Assembly (NCBI GenBank): GCA_964658305.1
Contig: OZ210885.1
Coordinates: 8,680,001 to 8,744,000, forward strand
From: Leptogorgia sarmentosa
Lineage: Eukaryota
Reading direction: 5' to 3'
Length of the DNA stretch: 64,000 nucleotides
The notes under the pieces are model-generated. The model saw only the letters and a program-made list of their open reading frames with translations. It was not told where the DNA came from and ran no database searches. Made by a program: the position numbers and the translations under genes. The number at the start of each line of letters is the position of its first letter. Position 1 is the stretch's first letter. This document shows, one piece after another, positions 37,831 through 50,244 of this stretch.

Positions 37831-38364
37831 CAGGGTGTCGCAAAAAAAAAGGTAATCCAACTTTGACATGCCATTGAGCGCTATTTGCTGGGTGTATGAA
37901 CGCAATTTTTATATGGTCATAAAGAGCAAGTTATTAGCTGTTGAACGACAAGTTTTTTGTACCATTTTGAGTAAAACGGAGCACGTATAAGTCTATTAAA
38001 AATCGTTGGTCGAAATCGCATATTTTCACCCCTGAGAATTGCGGCTAAACTTATTCAAAATTAACTCCCTCTGAGACTCGAAGATGACGACCTTCCCTTC
38101 AACAAACGACCTGATTATGCATAATTGCATTGCATTGCATTTTTCTTTTGTTATGCTTAGGCACAGAGGTGAAAATATGCAATTTCGACCGTCAATTTTA
38201 ATCGGTCCCATATTCGTTCTGCTTTGCTCATAATGACACAAAAAACATTTCATTCAACAGCTGAGACCCTGATCTTTATGACCATGCAAAAATTACGTCC
38301 ACACCCAGTAATTAACGCACAATGGCATGCCAAAGTTCGATTACCTTTTTTTTGAGACACCCTG
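37831..38364. mobile_element. Tc1/mariner-type MITE
   Basis: TA|CAGGGTGTCGCAAAAAAAAAGGTAATC...GATTACCTTTTTTTTGAGACACCCTG|TA; long imperfect TIRs. Confidence 0.85.
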
Positions 38365-38936
38365 TATACAATGAAACGTCGGCTGTCCAGAAGCCGAATC
38401 ATATCCTAGAATGTCTAATTCTTATTTGTATAGGTACATATTAGCATGGTTTCGAATGCAATTTCCATATAGCATTCACGAGTGACCTCGATGATTAGGA
38501 ATGTTAGTTTGATATTACATGTCTTTATATCACCACTGCACGCAGTGGACAGCACTTCAAAATCATACCGTACTCCAAGTTCTCTCACCCTGCAGAACAG
38601 GTGGTGAGGAAAGACTGTACCAATTAGCACCTTCTGCGCGCGCAAGCAAAAACGCCCAAACAAAAACGGCCACAAACCTCTCATCAATAATTGTAAAAAG
38701 CACACTACAAATTGCTTTTCTTGGGAAAGTTTAAATAAAGTTTAGACTCACTTCAGTAACAATACACTGCAAACTGTAGCAAGAGATTTTAATGCCGGAG
38801 CGACGTAAAATATTGAACGAAATTAATGTTCAAAGTTGAAATTATACAAATATGCATTCTGGTATGCACAATTATTTGAAGCGTGCAGCAGAGTGATTTC
38901 AAAATTATCATCTATATTTTTTAATCGATATTCTAG

Positions 38937-39268
38937 TTCCGTATGGATTACGCAATCTACCTGCTCACATGGTAGAACGGCCATCAGAAGTAACCGAGGT
39001 ATTGGAGTTACTCAAGCAGGGGAATAAAGTGGGTGTTGTTGGACGTCATGGTGGCGACGTTGGTATCCGTGGAATGGGAGGCCTCGGTAAGACGGTGTTA
39101 GCCCAAGCTGTTGCCTGGGAAGTCTCAAAATCTCGTCAAGTTGTGTGGCTTGACATTGGTCAAACACCTGATCGCTTGAAACTGATTAACACCCTCGTCA
39201 GAGTCTTTGGTGGAGATGTGTCGTTCAGTGATATTGTTGCAGCGCAATCTTGGTTAAGAAAATACACG
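38937..39268 (+). CDS. STAND receptor, coding exon 4 (NB-ARC Walker A)
   Basis: TTCTAG acceptor, phase 1; GIRGMGGLGKTVLA; donor ACG|GTATGT. Confidence 0.9.
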
Positions 39269-40139
39269 GTATGTATGCTGTGCTATATTTGATGTTTGTG
39301 AGAAAATGTGATAGGGGCTATTTTCAAGATAGGGACGATTTTTAATGGGATGTAGCTCGAATAGCCAAGTTGCACGAATACAGAAAAATATATCCGGTAC
39401 AGCGTTGGTAAACGTAAATTAAAGCGACGTTAAATGTAGAAGTCTGATGTTAGATGGACGTTAAAGCTAGAATAGTGGCAATTCTTCCAAGTCTTTTCTT
39501 TCACACGACCACTTACCCAGGCTGTAAGCTTTATTACTTGTCTTTAATTTTTAAAATAAATTTAGCATTTTAACCCGGCTTCGCCTCGTTCAGTATTGAA
39601 AATTTCTCGTGCGTTGTACAGCCAGTTCGTGTAAGTATTTGTAAACAAAGCACAATTCTTAACTCGTGCATTCTTGTGAAACGAAAACGATATATATTTG
39701 CATACGACTGATGTGTCGAAATATTTCCTTCATGCAGTGATGATATTTCCCTTGGGCTAAAGCCATCAGGTCTTCATGAAATATTTCGACGATTATATGT
39801 AGCCCCCGGGTCTATAAATGATAAATATTACCTCTACTTTCTCAGTTCGTTAAAAAACCTCATTCATCTCATGCATCGGTGATTAGATGATGGCAGCTGG
39901 GACTCTTTTATTGAGGTGAAAGACTAAACTAGTTGCGGAATTCAGAAATAATAAAATCAGAACACTGTCAGAAATCCGCCTATGAACATGTGCCTCATAT
40001 ATCAGAAAGGCCAGAAAATCCCACTAAAAAATTGCAAGCGAGTCTTTCAAGGCCTTGGCTAGTAAGAGTTGTAAATTTACCGACCTTTGAATGCAATTAA
40101 CAGATACGGTTTCTGAGCTAGTTTTCAACTCATTTTTAG

Positions 40140-40779
40140 ATGGATAAAGATTGTTTGGTTGTTGTTGATGATGTTTGGAAGGTGGACGACGCTGCTGTAT
40201 TCAATTGCTTATCTGGCAAATGCCAATTATTAATAACAACTAGAGATGCTACTGTTCTCTGCGGTTCGGGAATTACCAAGTACGAACTTGTTATTATGCC
40301 ACAAGATAAATCCCGAGGGCTCTTGTATCAGAGCGCCGGGATAAGTCCAGACGAACAGTTAACGCCAAACTTACGGCGAATTATTGCAGACCTGTTAGAG
40401 CAGTGTCGAGGTTTACCGCTGGCTCTGTCACTGGTGGGTTCAAATTTAACGGACACTCGTGCGGAACAAGACTGGGAGGATGTTTTAGATGATCTTAAAA
40501 ATGCTGACCTGGAGAGAATTCGTTCATTATTTCCCAAAGTCGATTATCCTTATGATAACCTCTTAGCAGTCATTGATGTGAGCTATGAACGCCTGGACGA
40601 AAGTGTACGCGAGATGTTTCTTTATTTGGGTATATTTCCAGAGGATACAGATATACCGTCAGATGTACTCGAGCTGCTGTGGTGTTCGATACAGAACCAG
40701 AATGGAAAAACTTCGCGCAATCCTCAGAAACACAAAGATATACTTGCTGTGCTCGAGAGAAAGTCGCTGATCTTAAAAG
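40140..40779 (+). CDS. STAND receptor, coding exon 5 (NB-ARC Walker B, sensor, GLPL, winged helix)
   Basis: LVVVDDVW, LLITTR, CRGLPLAL, LGIFPED; phase 0 to 1. Confidence 0.92.
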
Positions 40780-41208
40780 GTACAGTTTTATCTTTTAACG
40801 GTTTTGATCTGCACATCCTCCGAAAAATTTTTATCTTCAGTGCCAAGTTCACTTTCCATGCAGTATTGTCATTAGTCACGAAAATTTAAAACAGTCAGTG
40901 AACCAGTAATACAGGTTGCAAAGTGGTTCAAGTGGATTTTTTGATGTTTTGTAATAATAAGGCGAAACATGTAAATTAAAAAATATTCTTTGCTTTTTAC
41001 CAAGGCTACCTTAAGTCTATGTCTTTTTGCAGATATTGCATTATTCTTGGCTCGCTATAGCCAATAATTATTCTTATTGTGACTAAGCCATTTCGTATTT
41101 ACGAAAACCTGATAGCACAACTCCTTTTATACTACTCAACGGCGATTTTGAGATTTCAAAAATTGTCCGCCTCTAGTACAAATTTCCTAACATTTCGATC
41201 AATTTCAG

Positions 41209-41631
41209 GGCCTGAACTCCACGGAAAGAAAAGCTATCGTGTCCATGACTTGCTTTTGGATTTTGCCCAGACAAAACTTCAAGACATGGGTACACTAAAT
41301 GATGTTCAGGATAAGTTCGTAAAGACACTTTGTGGCCTGTGCGTGGATGGTGACTGGAATGATAATTCAACTACCTGCCAAAAAGACTATTATTTCAAGT
41401 ACCTACCCTATCACATTTATTCTTCGGGACGACATGGTGAACTACTCCAGTTGCTGTTTGATCTACACTGGCTCAAACAAAAAGCGAAACATGTCAGCGT
41501 ATTCTCTGTAATATCAGATTTTCGTTTTGTGGACACAGAATCGGAGGAAATCCAACTTCTCAAATCCTCCTTAATGTTTTCTGCCGATGTAATCAACGAA
41601 AACCCAGATTCAATCTGTCCTCAACTCCTAG
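41209..41631 (+). CDS. STAND receptor, coding exon 6 (MHD-equivalent motif and Apaf-1-like helical domain)
   Basis: YRVHDLLLDF; YYFKYLPYHI; LLFDLHWLKQK; phase 1 to 1. Confidence 0.9.
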
Positions 41632-43249
41632 GTAATTCAAATAATGAACTTTAATTTATCTCATTCTTCTATGATTTGTTTAAGTTGCCTCACTATTTAG
41701 TGCAAAGTTTCGAAGAAATTTTGCATTATTTTGATGAGTGGGGAAAATTCACATCAGTCATTCATTCATAGTGTAAACTCGGGGGAGGGGGGGAGGGGGC
41801 ATGGGGGGTGCTTCCCAATATCTTGCCATGTACAAACTCCAACTCTACAAACTCTAATTGACTGATATCCTTACAAATATTATGCAATTGCATGTAGCTA
41901 TCAATCGTTGATCATCATGGTTTGCAGTTACTCTAATGAATAGAAAAGTAAGCTAGGTGAGTAATGTCACTAATGTGACCTAAGAAGCCCACAAGTTAGA
42001 GTACACAATGCCGGAAAGCCCCTCCGGAATTTCAATTTTTGCAAAAATTGCAAACTCAGCGTTCATTCGGGGCATTGAAATTTCTACACAACATGGCGAA
42101 CGCTTAGAGTGGGGCCGTCAATCAGTGAAGTGGTTAACGATGTTTGACTACCACAAGGCCACAAAATGTAAACGCTGTAATTACAGCAAATGTAATCGTC
42201 ACATTACGTGCGTCTACGCATGACGCAGTACCTCGTATAGCACGTGTAAAGCATGCTTTGGGTAATTCAAGATGATTGGCTCACTAAATATGGAAGTACA
42301 CTCAGGTGAGTAAGATGCCAAAGATCATTATAAACAGCCAGAACACGTGCACAACGCGCTGCGTGTATTGAAAATAATTAGCTGGCTGATCGATACGTAT
42401 CAATGTGGCTGTCGCACAACGTCATATGAGTTCGTGCACACAAGGAGTTGTTCGTATACGATCGAAGAAAGTGAAGTGCAAACCTTGCGACATTTCTGAA
42501 AACCTCTTGACTCGTCAGGTCTGATTTTAAAAATAAAAGACGAGTAGATAACCAACGTGTTACTGCCACACGTTTCACTTGCCAGCGAGCCTTATGTAAT
42601 CGAGAAACTATGCTAACTTATCTGAAATTATGAAAACTTTATATATGAAACAATTACGCTTATGAGACGCTTACTTGTATGAATCAAAGTGCAGATGACC
42701 TTGGGAATGTGTCAAAGGTCAATGAGACTTAGAATGCTACTTTACAGCTAAGTAACAATGATTATAATACGAATTTCAAAGGTGAACTTTTATCTACAAA
42801 AGTAGGTCACGATGTATAAAACATTTCGGACATGCTAGAAAACGTGATCGTGAACCGCCTAGACATTCCCATGAAAAAATTGGTTTATTTATGAGCACAA
42901 ATAAGACAAGACGCGTAGAATAAAAAGCTTAACTTCATTCAAAAATCATAATGTTGGCACAACTTTCTCTCTACAAGATACCATAAATTTGTGAATCAAA
43001 AACCTGCAAATACAAACATGTGGCAATTTCTGAAGCCTACACAAAGTTTCATGCAAAGAATGATTGTCTCAAAAGGAGTTTGACAATTACTAACACGCAT
43101 ATTGTCAGAACAAGAAAACACAAATGTTTTCAATTAAACAATGCTAAAATTGTTCTTGCAAATAAATGTAATGTACAAAGAATAAAAACATGTGATAATT
43201 TTCTTATTTGTTTGTGGTGATATTCAGTTATATCCGGGTCCCGTGAATG

Positions 43250-46200
43250 CTACTCATATGTCAGTGTAGACGACAAGATGAGCTCGCAAAGGGCGTAAGC
43301 AAGTAAATATTGTCGGTGATGCAAATTACTTCTTTCGTAGTGTTAGCCAGCAACGTTATACGGAACTGAAGATCAACATCTCCAAATAAGAGCTTTCGCA
43401 ATGCAAAATTTAATAAACTGTCCAGAACATTTCATGGAACATAACACTGAGCCGTCATGGTTGCAATGTTTACGATGTCGACACTTGGTACATGGGCAGA
43501 CAATATTATTATGTTATACAGGCAGTTGCTAATACAAATAATTTACGAATAATTCATCACGGAAAGTGCACTCAATTTTTCCGAGTCAACAATTGTGAAC
43601 TATTTATACTGAGCTTGAAGGAGGAAATGCGAGTGATATTTACATAGGCCAGCTTGATGAACTGCATTACGTGTCAACCACGCCTATCACACAATCTTTT
43701 TCTGTACAAACAAATCAAATAACAGATACTGAAACTTATCAAACTCGCGAGATTCTTAATCCAAATCAGAAAATTTATCAAAGTAAAAAGGATTTGCCTT
43801 ATTAAGCAAAAATAGACGAGAGGAAAAAATATATAAAAGAGTGAGAAAAAGATGATGAAATTAAAAAGTCTTATAATAAAAACTATAAAAATTTGAACAC
43901 TGAAAAAATTAAGGAATCTAGCTTGGCAAAAAGCTCCTGCATTAACATACAAAGAATGAAATCCCGAGAAGGTTAAACAGTCCTCCAAGAAAGCCACTGC
44001 AAGATACATTCATAATAATCCTGAAAACGTTGAAGAATCTAGAATGCGAGCTACTGCATTTTACAGAAATTTAAATTCTGAGAAGGTTAAACAGTCCTCC
44101 AAGAAAGCCACTGCAATCCTGAAAACTTTGAAGAATCTAAAATGTGAGCTACTGCATTTTACAGAAATTTAAATCCTGAGAAGGTTAAACAGTCCTCCAA
44201 GAAAGCCACTGCAAGATACAGTCATAATAATCCTGAAAAGTTTGAAGAATCTAGAAAAAGAGCTACTGCATTTTACCGAAATTTAAATTCTGAGAAGGTT
44301 AAACAGTTCTCTAAGAAAACCACTGCATAATGCATTCATAACAATCCTGAAAAGGTTGAAGAATCTAGAAAAAGAGCTACTGCATTTTACAGAAATTTAA
44401 ATCCTGACAAGGTTGTGGAATCATCTAAAAACTAAAGTAGAATTTATAATAAGAACTGTCCGGAATAAAGAGTTCAAAATATTCTAAAAAGGGGGTTATA
44501 TTGAAAGGAAACAGTCTTGTACGGAAACAAACGAGATTAAAATCTAACTTCCAAGACAATTCAAATGAAACTTTAAAATTAATGTAACTCCTTCTGATAC
44601 GAGGTTGTCAACAAACATATCAACAGCCATTGAATTATTTCATCCGAACATTAGTGTTGGACCAGAATACATTTGTACATGTTGTGACCAGTATAATACC
44701 AGTATCAGACCAATATAATGTTTCTTTGTATAAGTCGTGTTCAAAAGAATTTCTCAATTTATGTATTACTTTTCTCAAAAGCATTGACAATACTGAAGTG
44801 ATATGTAATACCTCCCGAACCTAAAGCTGTCAAACGTCCTACTTGTGATAAGGCGAATAAAATAAGTTACCAAGAAAACCTGATGTCTTAAAGGATTTGA
44901 CACTTCTCGAAGAAAGACTAATCTCGCCAAGAATACCTTTTATGCAAGTACGCGAACTTCCCAATTAAGTTCAAGGAGGCCAATTAAGTATTCATGGGAA
45001 TGTAGGTAATGCACCTGATGATGTTAATTCTACTATAAGCGTTTTACAAAGACCAATTGATGAATCGCAAACAATTTCAAATTTTCAATTAAATTAAAAC
45101 GATCCCTTGGTACAAACACTATTATCAATTTCAGAATGCTATTAGTAAAGCTGCAGAAGCAGCTCAATACTTAGTTCGTACCAGTGAAATCTTTAAAAAC
45201 GAAGGAATACAATTAATGGACAATTATGTATCAAATCAAATGGATAATAATGAAGAGGAGTGGTCCGAATTTATTTCCATGGATGGAATGGAGACTTCAG
45301 AAAATCTGAACGCTCACAGTCAAGAAATAGTTGAGAGAAATGAAACTAATGACTTGATTGATGATGATACAGATGATGAGTGGTGTGAAGCGACTGAACG
45401 GTCATCAGGTCTTATGGATACATCATTACAAGAAACCGACATTACCCAAGATGGTGACAGAATAATACGTTTTGCACCAAGAAAAAGAATTAGACCACTT
45501 GGTATATTTGCAGACAAGGATTCTGAATTTCTTTTTTTTCCACCATTAATTGTGGAAAATGTCAAGCTGAAAACAGTATAGCGCAATGTGTAAATGGGAA
45601 CTGCGAAGCAAAGATAGAAGAGTCTGTGCCAAACATTTTTTACAAACTAAAAAAGTACAGATCAGGCAAATTGAAGGAAGCGCAAGTTTATCATTGCGTA
45701 AATTTAAAATTAGTATAGGACATTACACGGTTCGAGAAGTATTAATGAAAAATTGCACGCGTGTTTCGCCAAACACAATTGCAATTTTTCATTAGTATTT
45801 CGAGAATAAACTTTAATTTCGTATTATTATCATTGTAGTACACGTTCACTAAACTTTTTTGTCCAAAGTTGACAATAAATGACAAAAAAAACACAAGAAT
45901 TTTAGCGTTTATTTATTTGTTTTTATAATGTATCGCGGGCTCGAAACCGTGGTATTTGAAAAATTAATTGCACACCTGTGCAATTAATGTTTAATTCGCA
46001 CAGTTGTTGAAGTATTTTAGCCAGCGTCCAGGAAATTGACAACAATGATATTAAATTTAAAATTTAAAATCAGAGTAAATAAATTTGGATGAAGGATTTC
46101 AATTGGAGTTTTAAGAAATTTACGCGGATTACTTCCATACTTTGAAAGGCGTAAGAAAGATCTATTTGCCATGATTCGTCAGCTTGGTAATCCTATTCGT

Positions 46201-46850
46201 GGTTCTGTTCATTTTCAGCAGCTGAAACACAGTGGATTCATTTGATCAAAATTCTTGGTCGTCTTAAAAACAGTAAAGATTCTACTAACAACGAAATTAA
46301 ACAAATGACATGGCAGAAGAAATCTGAACTGATACAGAAAGATCCAGTCGCATATGCAAGAAATTTTTGACATATGGTACAATTATATAATGAATTATTC
46401 ATTCACAACTTTATTAAAAGCTCAAGTCATCCAGTTGGAGAAGTTGTTGACTTCTTCTATCGCTTTGAATTTCCGCAAAGAGGTTCTCCACATATCCACG
46501 GCTTATTCTAGATCAAAAATGCTCCTGACTATGGTAAATAAAGTGATGAAGATATTGCTGAGTTTGTCGTTTACACTCTAAAACGTGTAAGAAGAGTGGT
46601 CAGGCTGTTTGCAGATTTAATTTTCCGCTACCACCAATGCTAAAAACCATGATTTTAGAGCCTTCATCTGAGACTGATCTTGACGAAAAATGTCCCAGCT
46701 ATATTAAAGAAAGCTTTGGAACGAATACCTGAATTATATAGACTCCATCAAGGCACATGAAACAGTGACATTAATTTTGTCGAATTTTCTCAGACACTAA
46801 GTCAATCAGAACAGCAGTATATAAAAGCTATAAGGCTACCTATTATGCAG
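43250..46850 (+). mobile_element. Degenerate Helitron/Helentron relic (OTU-like and Rep fragments)
   Basis: NIVGDANYFFRSVS near 43306 (OTU-like); LEERLISPRIPFMQVRELP near 44905; FYRFEFPQRGSPHIHGL near 46455 (HUH Rep motif); many stops and frameshifts; boundaries approximate. Confidence 0.75.
43960..44425. repeat. ~114-bp tandem repeat (2 x 57 bp) inside the Helitron relic
   Basis: AGGTTAAACAGT recurs near 43970, 44084, 44183 and 44297. Confidence 0.85.
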
Positions 46851-47942
46851 TATTTCATCTGTACTTCAACTATCAACTGTCAGCCACTGATGATCAGATA
46901 AGCTAACAATAGCACGATCGTAAATATGTCTGTGGTCACAACTTCCCGAAAATGACTATATACAATGAAAACTTCCAAGATTTTTTGAAGACACGACCAA
47001 AAAAGGATTATTCTTCCCAGAACTGAAATCGATATTTATGGACTTTATGCATAACCGCACGTGTTGCATATCCTTCCCGTCGCAAAGAACATTGCTAACT
47101 TAATCAGGAACACATGCATGCGTACTATTTTACAATTAGACAACGAAGCCGAGTTGTCTATGATGGAATAGTCAACGAGGACGAAGTCAGAGTTGACTAT
47201 TCGCTCATAAACAATTGCATTGTCTATGCCCAGAATTATTTATATCAAGAAAATTCTACAGAAACCCAGCAAAACGCGAGTTTTCTGCGCAGTAGCCATA
47301 TTGTTTTCCTTTGCTTTTTCGCGAACCGTGGTCTATCACAGAATAGACGACGGCTGAGTAGCCAAACAGGATGTAGCATTTGTAATAGACGATGGTTGGG
47401 TGTATACTAAATTCTGTTAATCGATCGTTGGTTCTGCATGAGGTCAATAATTGTAACGAGCAACAAAGCATGACAACTGCTGGTATATAGCAGAATTAAC
47501 TCTTGTCAGTGTAACATATGCGGAAATAAATCATTTCATAAATACTCGTTCCGTTATCATAAAATAAATTACTTATCTTTTTACTGTCACAATATAAAAC
47601 AGAATACAAATTGCAAAGCTTTCAAAAACGTTTTTTTCAGTGTCTCAGTTTCAAACTTTGATATTACTTTATGTCCCCTTTATATGAATGTCACTGAAGG
47701 GGAACGAACATTTTGTTAAACCAATGAAAAACTTCCTTTAGAAATTAGAAAAGAACTCATATGATGAACCTATTGTTTTAATAATCAAGAAACAGATATA
47801 TATATAGTATAATCAGATAGGCCCGTTAGTTGTTCAGTTTTAATATTTTCCCGGTCAATATTTGTCTTCATCTTTAAATGCTATTTTAAATTTTCTGAAT
47901 TTGTTACGTGCGCTAATACTGCTGTGTATTTTTCTTTTCCAG

Positions 47943-48188
47943 GCAGACTGCTATCTTATGAAGAGTATCCGGGGATAAAGACGCTATTAGAGCAACTCCG
48001 TGCAACATGCACGGAGACTTGCCGTCTTATACCGGAATTCTCATGTTTAGATCTTGGCGGCCCTGAGATCTTTCGAAAAACGTTTGATTCCAGCGTATGG
48101 TCATTAGCGACGTCCAATACTTCATCTGCTACTCTTGTAATTTGTGGTTTTGAGAAGGGTTCAATCACAATCTTTGATCTTGACACAG
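47943..48188 (+). CDS. STAND receptor, coding exon 7 (end of helical domain, first WD40)
   Basis: Joins in frame as PQLLG-RLL; VWSLA...GSITIFDLDTG; phase 1 to 1. Confidence 0.88.
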
Positions 48189-48727
48189 GTAGGTAACCGT
48201 GTGGTAACGTACTATGGATAGAACTAATGGCAAGGTTTGGGGTTTTCAATAGTTTTTTTTTCTTTTGACCGATCGTCGGTCCGGAAAAGGGATAAAACAC
48301 AGATTCAATGCCGCCTCTGCTTGTAATTGTAATTATATGTGCAACCATATCCTCACTCACATTTGTAAGAATCATCAGTTCTGAGTTTTGCAAGTTGAGC
48401 GGCTGCGCGATATACGTGTACAAAAAACTGAGCAAATTTGAAATCGCTCTCAATTTCGCAAAGCCACTCGGGTGACGTTATCAATTAACAAAACTTTGCA
48501 GTGCAAAATCATCCCTTGCCAAGAAACGTTGTACTAGCCTTCAGCTTCAATTCTTTTTGTTAGCGCTGATAATGAACTAAATATAGATAAAAAGTTTAAT
48601 AAAGTACATGTTTAACTTACCTGCTGTCACATGTACAGTAGTTGATTACATCGGAAATTTTACGGCGCTATGATCTCATGGAGCTCACTGGCCACTGGCC
48701 ACTGGCCTCAGGGCTCGTCCTATTATG

Positions 48728-50172
48728 TGTTACGAGCGTGGTCCGTAAATTTAATATTTCCTGCGTTTTGGCTCAATTTCTCTCGCAACAAAATATCAGT
48801 GTGAGACAGTTACGTTTATATAACTATATTTATTTCTTTAACCTAACAATTATTATGTGACCTTTATAAGTATAGCGTCTTTGGAATATAATATCAAATT
48901 ACTTATATTAAACTATAAGTTCAACTTATCTCTCCTTTGTCTGAGCACAACTCTTTCGCCTCTTTACGTAGCTGTAACTTTGTCTCTTTTATCTTCGACC
49001 CTTCTACCGTATAATTCGTATAACAAGGCGTTAAAGCCTTCTATGTATCTGACCAACAAGACTCGAAGGTCTTGTATAACTTAACGCTTTCAAACAAGAC
49101 TCAAAGGTCTTATATAGCTTGACGTTATTTAAAGCAAGGCTCGGACGCCTTCTTCTTCTTCTCTTCTCTCTCTCTACACATATCTTTAAAGAGTTGTGCT
49201 CCTGCTTATATATACCTTGGAGAGGAACAGTTTGTTCATGCATTATCATTTCCCTTGGGAGGAATTTGCATTTCTTGCGGTAACCTCTCCCATGTATTAC
49301 GCACTTGCGGTAATCTAGATTTTGCTTGCTCACGCATGACTCAACTAAAAGGCATCCCATGCGTGAAACAATTTTCTAAGGGTAAATAGTAAATAAGTAT
49401 TTTATGGTATATAGTGATATATAATATAATATGGATTAAACTATAAACTATACTTAACAAATAGAAAACATTTTCCGTGTTTCTATAGAGTTTTAGTAGA
49501 ATCATACTCGTATACTATTGCATATGCTGCAATTTGATTGGCTACTCTACTCGCTATCTATTCCTCGATAGATAGCGAGTAGCAAAATATGTGAATTTTC
49601 GTTCAAGAAAATGTCTTCTGACACGCGTTTTTAAATTATTTTTTGCAATATTTTCATGTTTGACCTCTGATTCTACTAAAACAATTAGATTACTCGCTCT
49701 CGATTTCTACGAGATGATAGTTGATTCGGGCTTCGCCCTCATCAACTATCACCTCATAGAAATCTCGAGCTCGTAATCTAATTGTTAAATAGAAACAGGC
49801 GTGGAAGTTTGGGAGAAACGAGAAATTCTGTGGGAACACGAGCACGAAGTGCGAGTGTTTCCACACAATTTCGAGTTTCTCCCAAACTTACACAAGTGTT
49901 TCTATAACTTATAGGAACACGGAAAAAATGTTTTCTATTTCCTTTATTAAATAGCCTTTTAAAAACAATAATGAGATAAATTTATTGATTTTAATTACAT
50001 TCATTTAAAGATTCATTTGGTTTTTTAATTTCCCGCACAATCCACGCAACCCGCGTGAAAATCCTCGTGTTTCTATAGTGTTATAGAAACACGGGTTTTT
50101 TGAGCTCTCGACCAATCAACGCCCGTGTTTTTAAAAGGCCATTTTATAAATGATAATAGCTATCATGTAACA
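48728..50172 (-). mobile_element. 3' LTR of the Gypsy element, interrupted by nested repeats (~49445-50150)
   Basis: TGTTAC...GTAACA termini; polypurine tract AAGGGGGAGGG immediately upstream on the - strand (50173-50183). Confidence 0.65.
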
Positions 50173-50244
50173 CCCTCCCCCTTGAAGGAAAGAAAGTCGG
50201 TAGGCTCTCTTTTTAAGTGCTAGTGTAACAGTCTATATAATGTT

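Noticed and set aside
38519..38734. Additional exon of the STAND gene
   Set aside because: Exons 3 and 4 already join in phase, and this ORF has no recognisable motif or convincing splice pair
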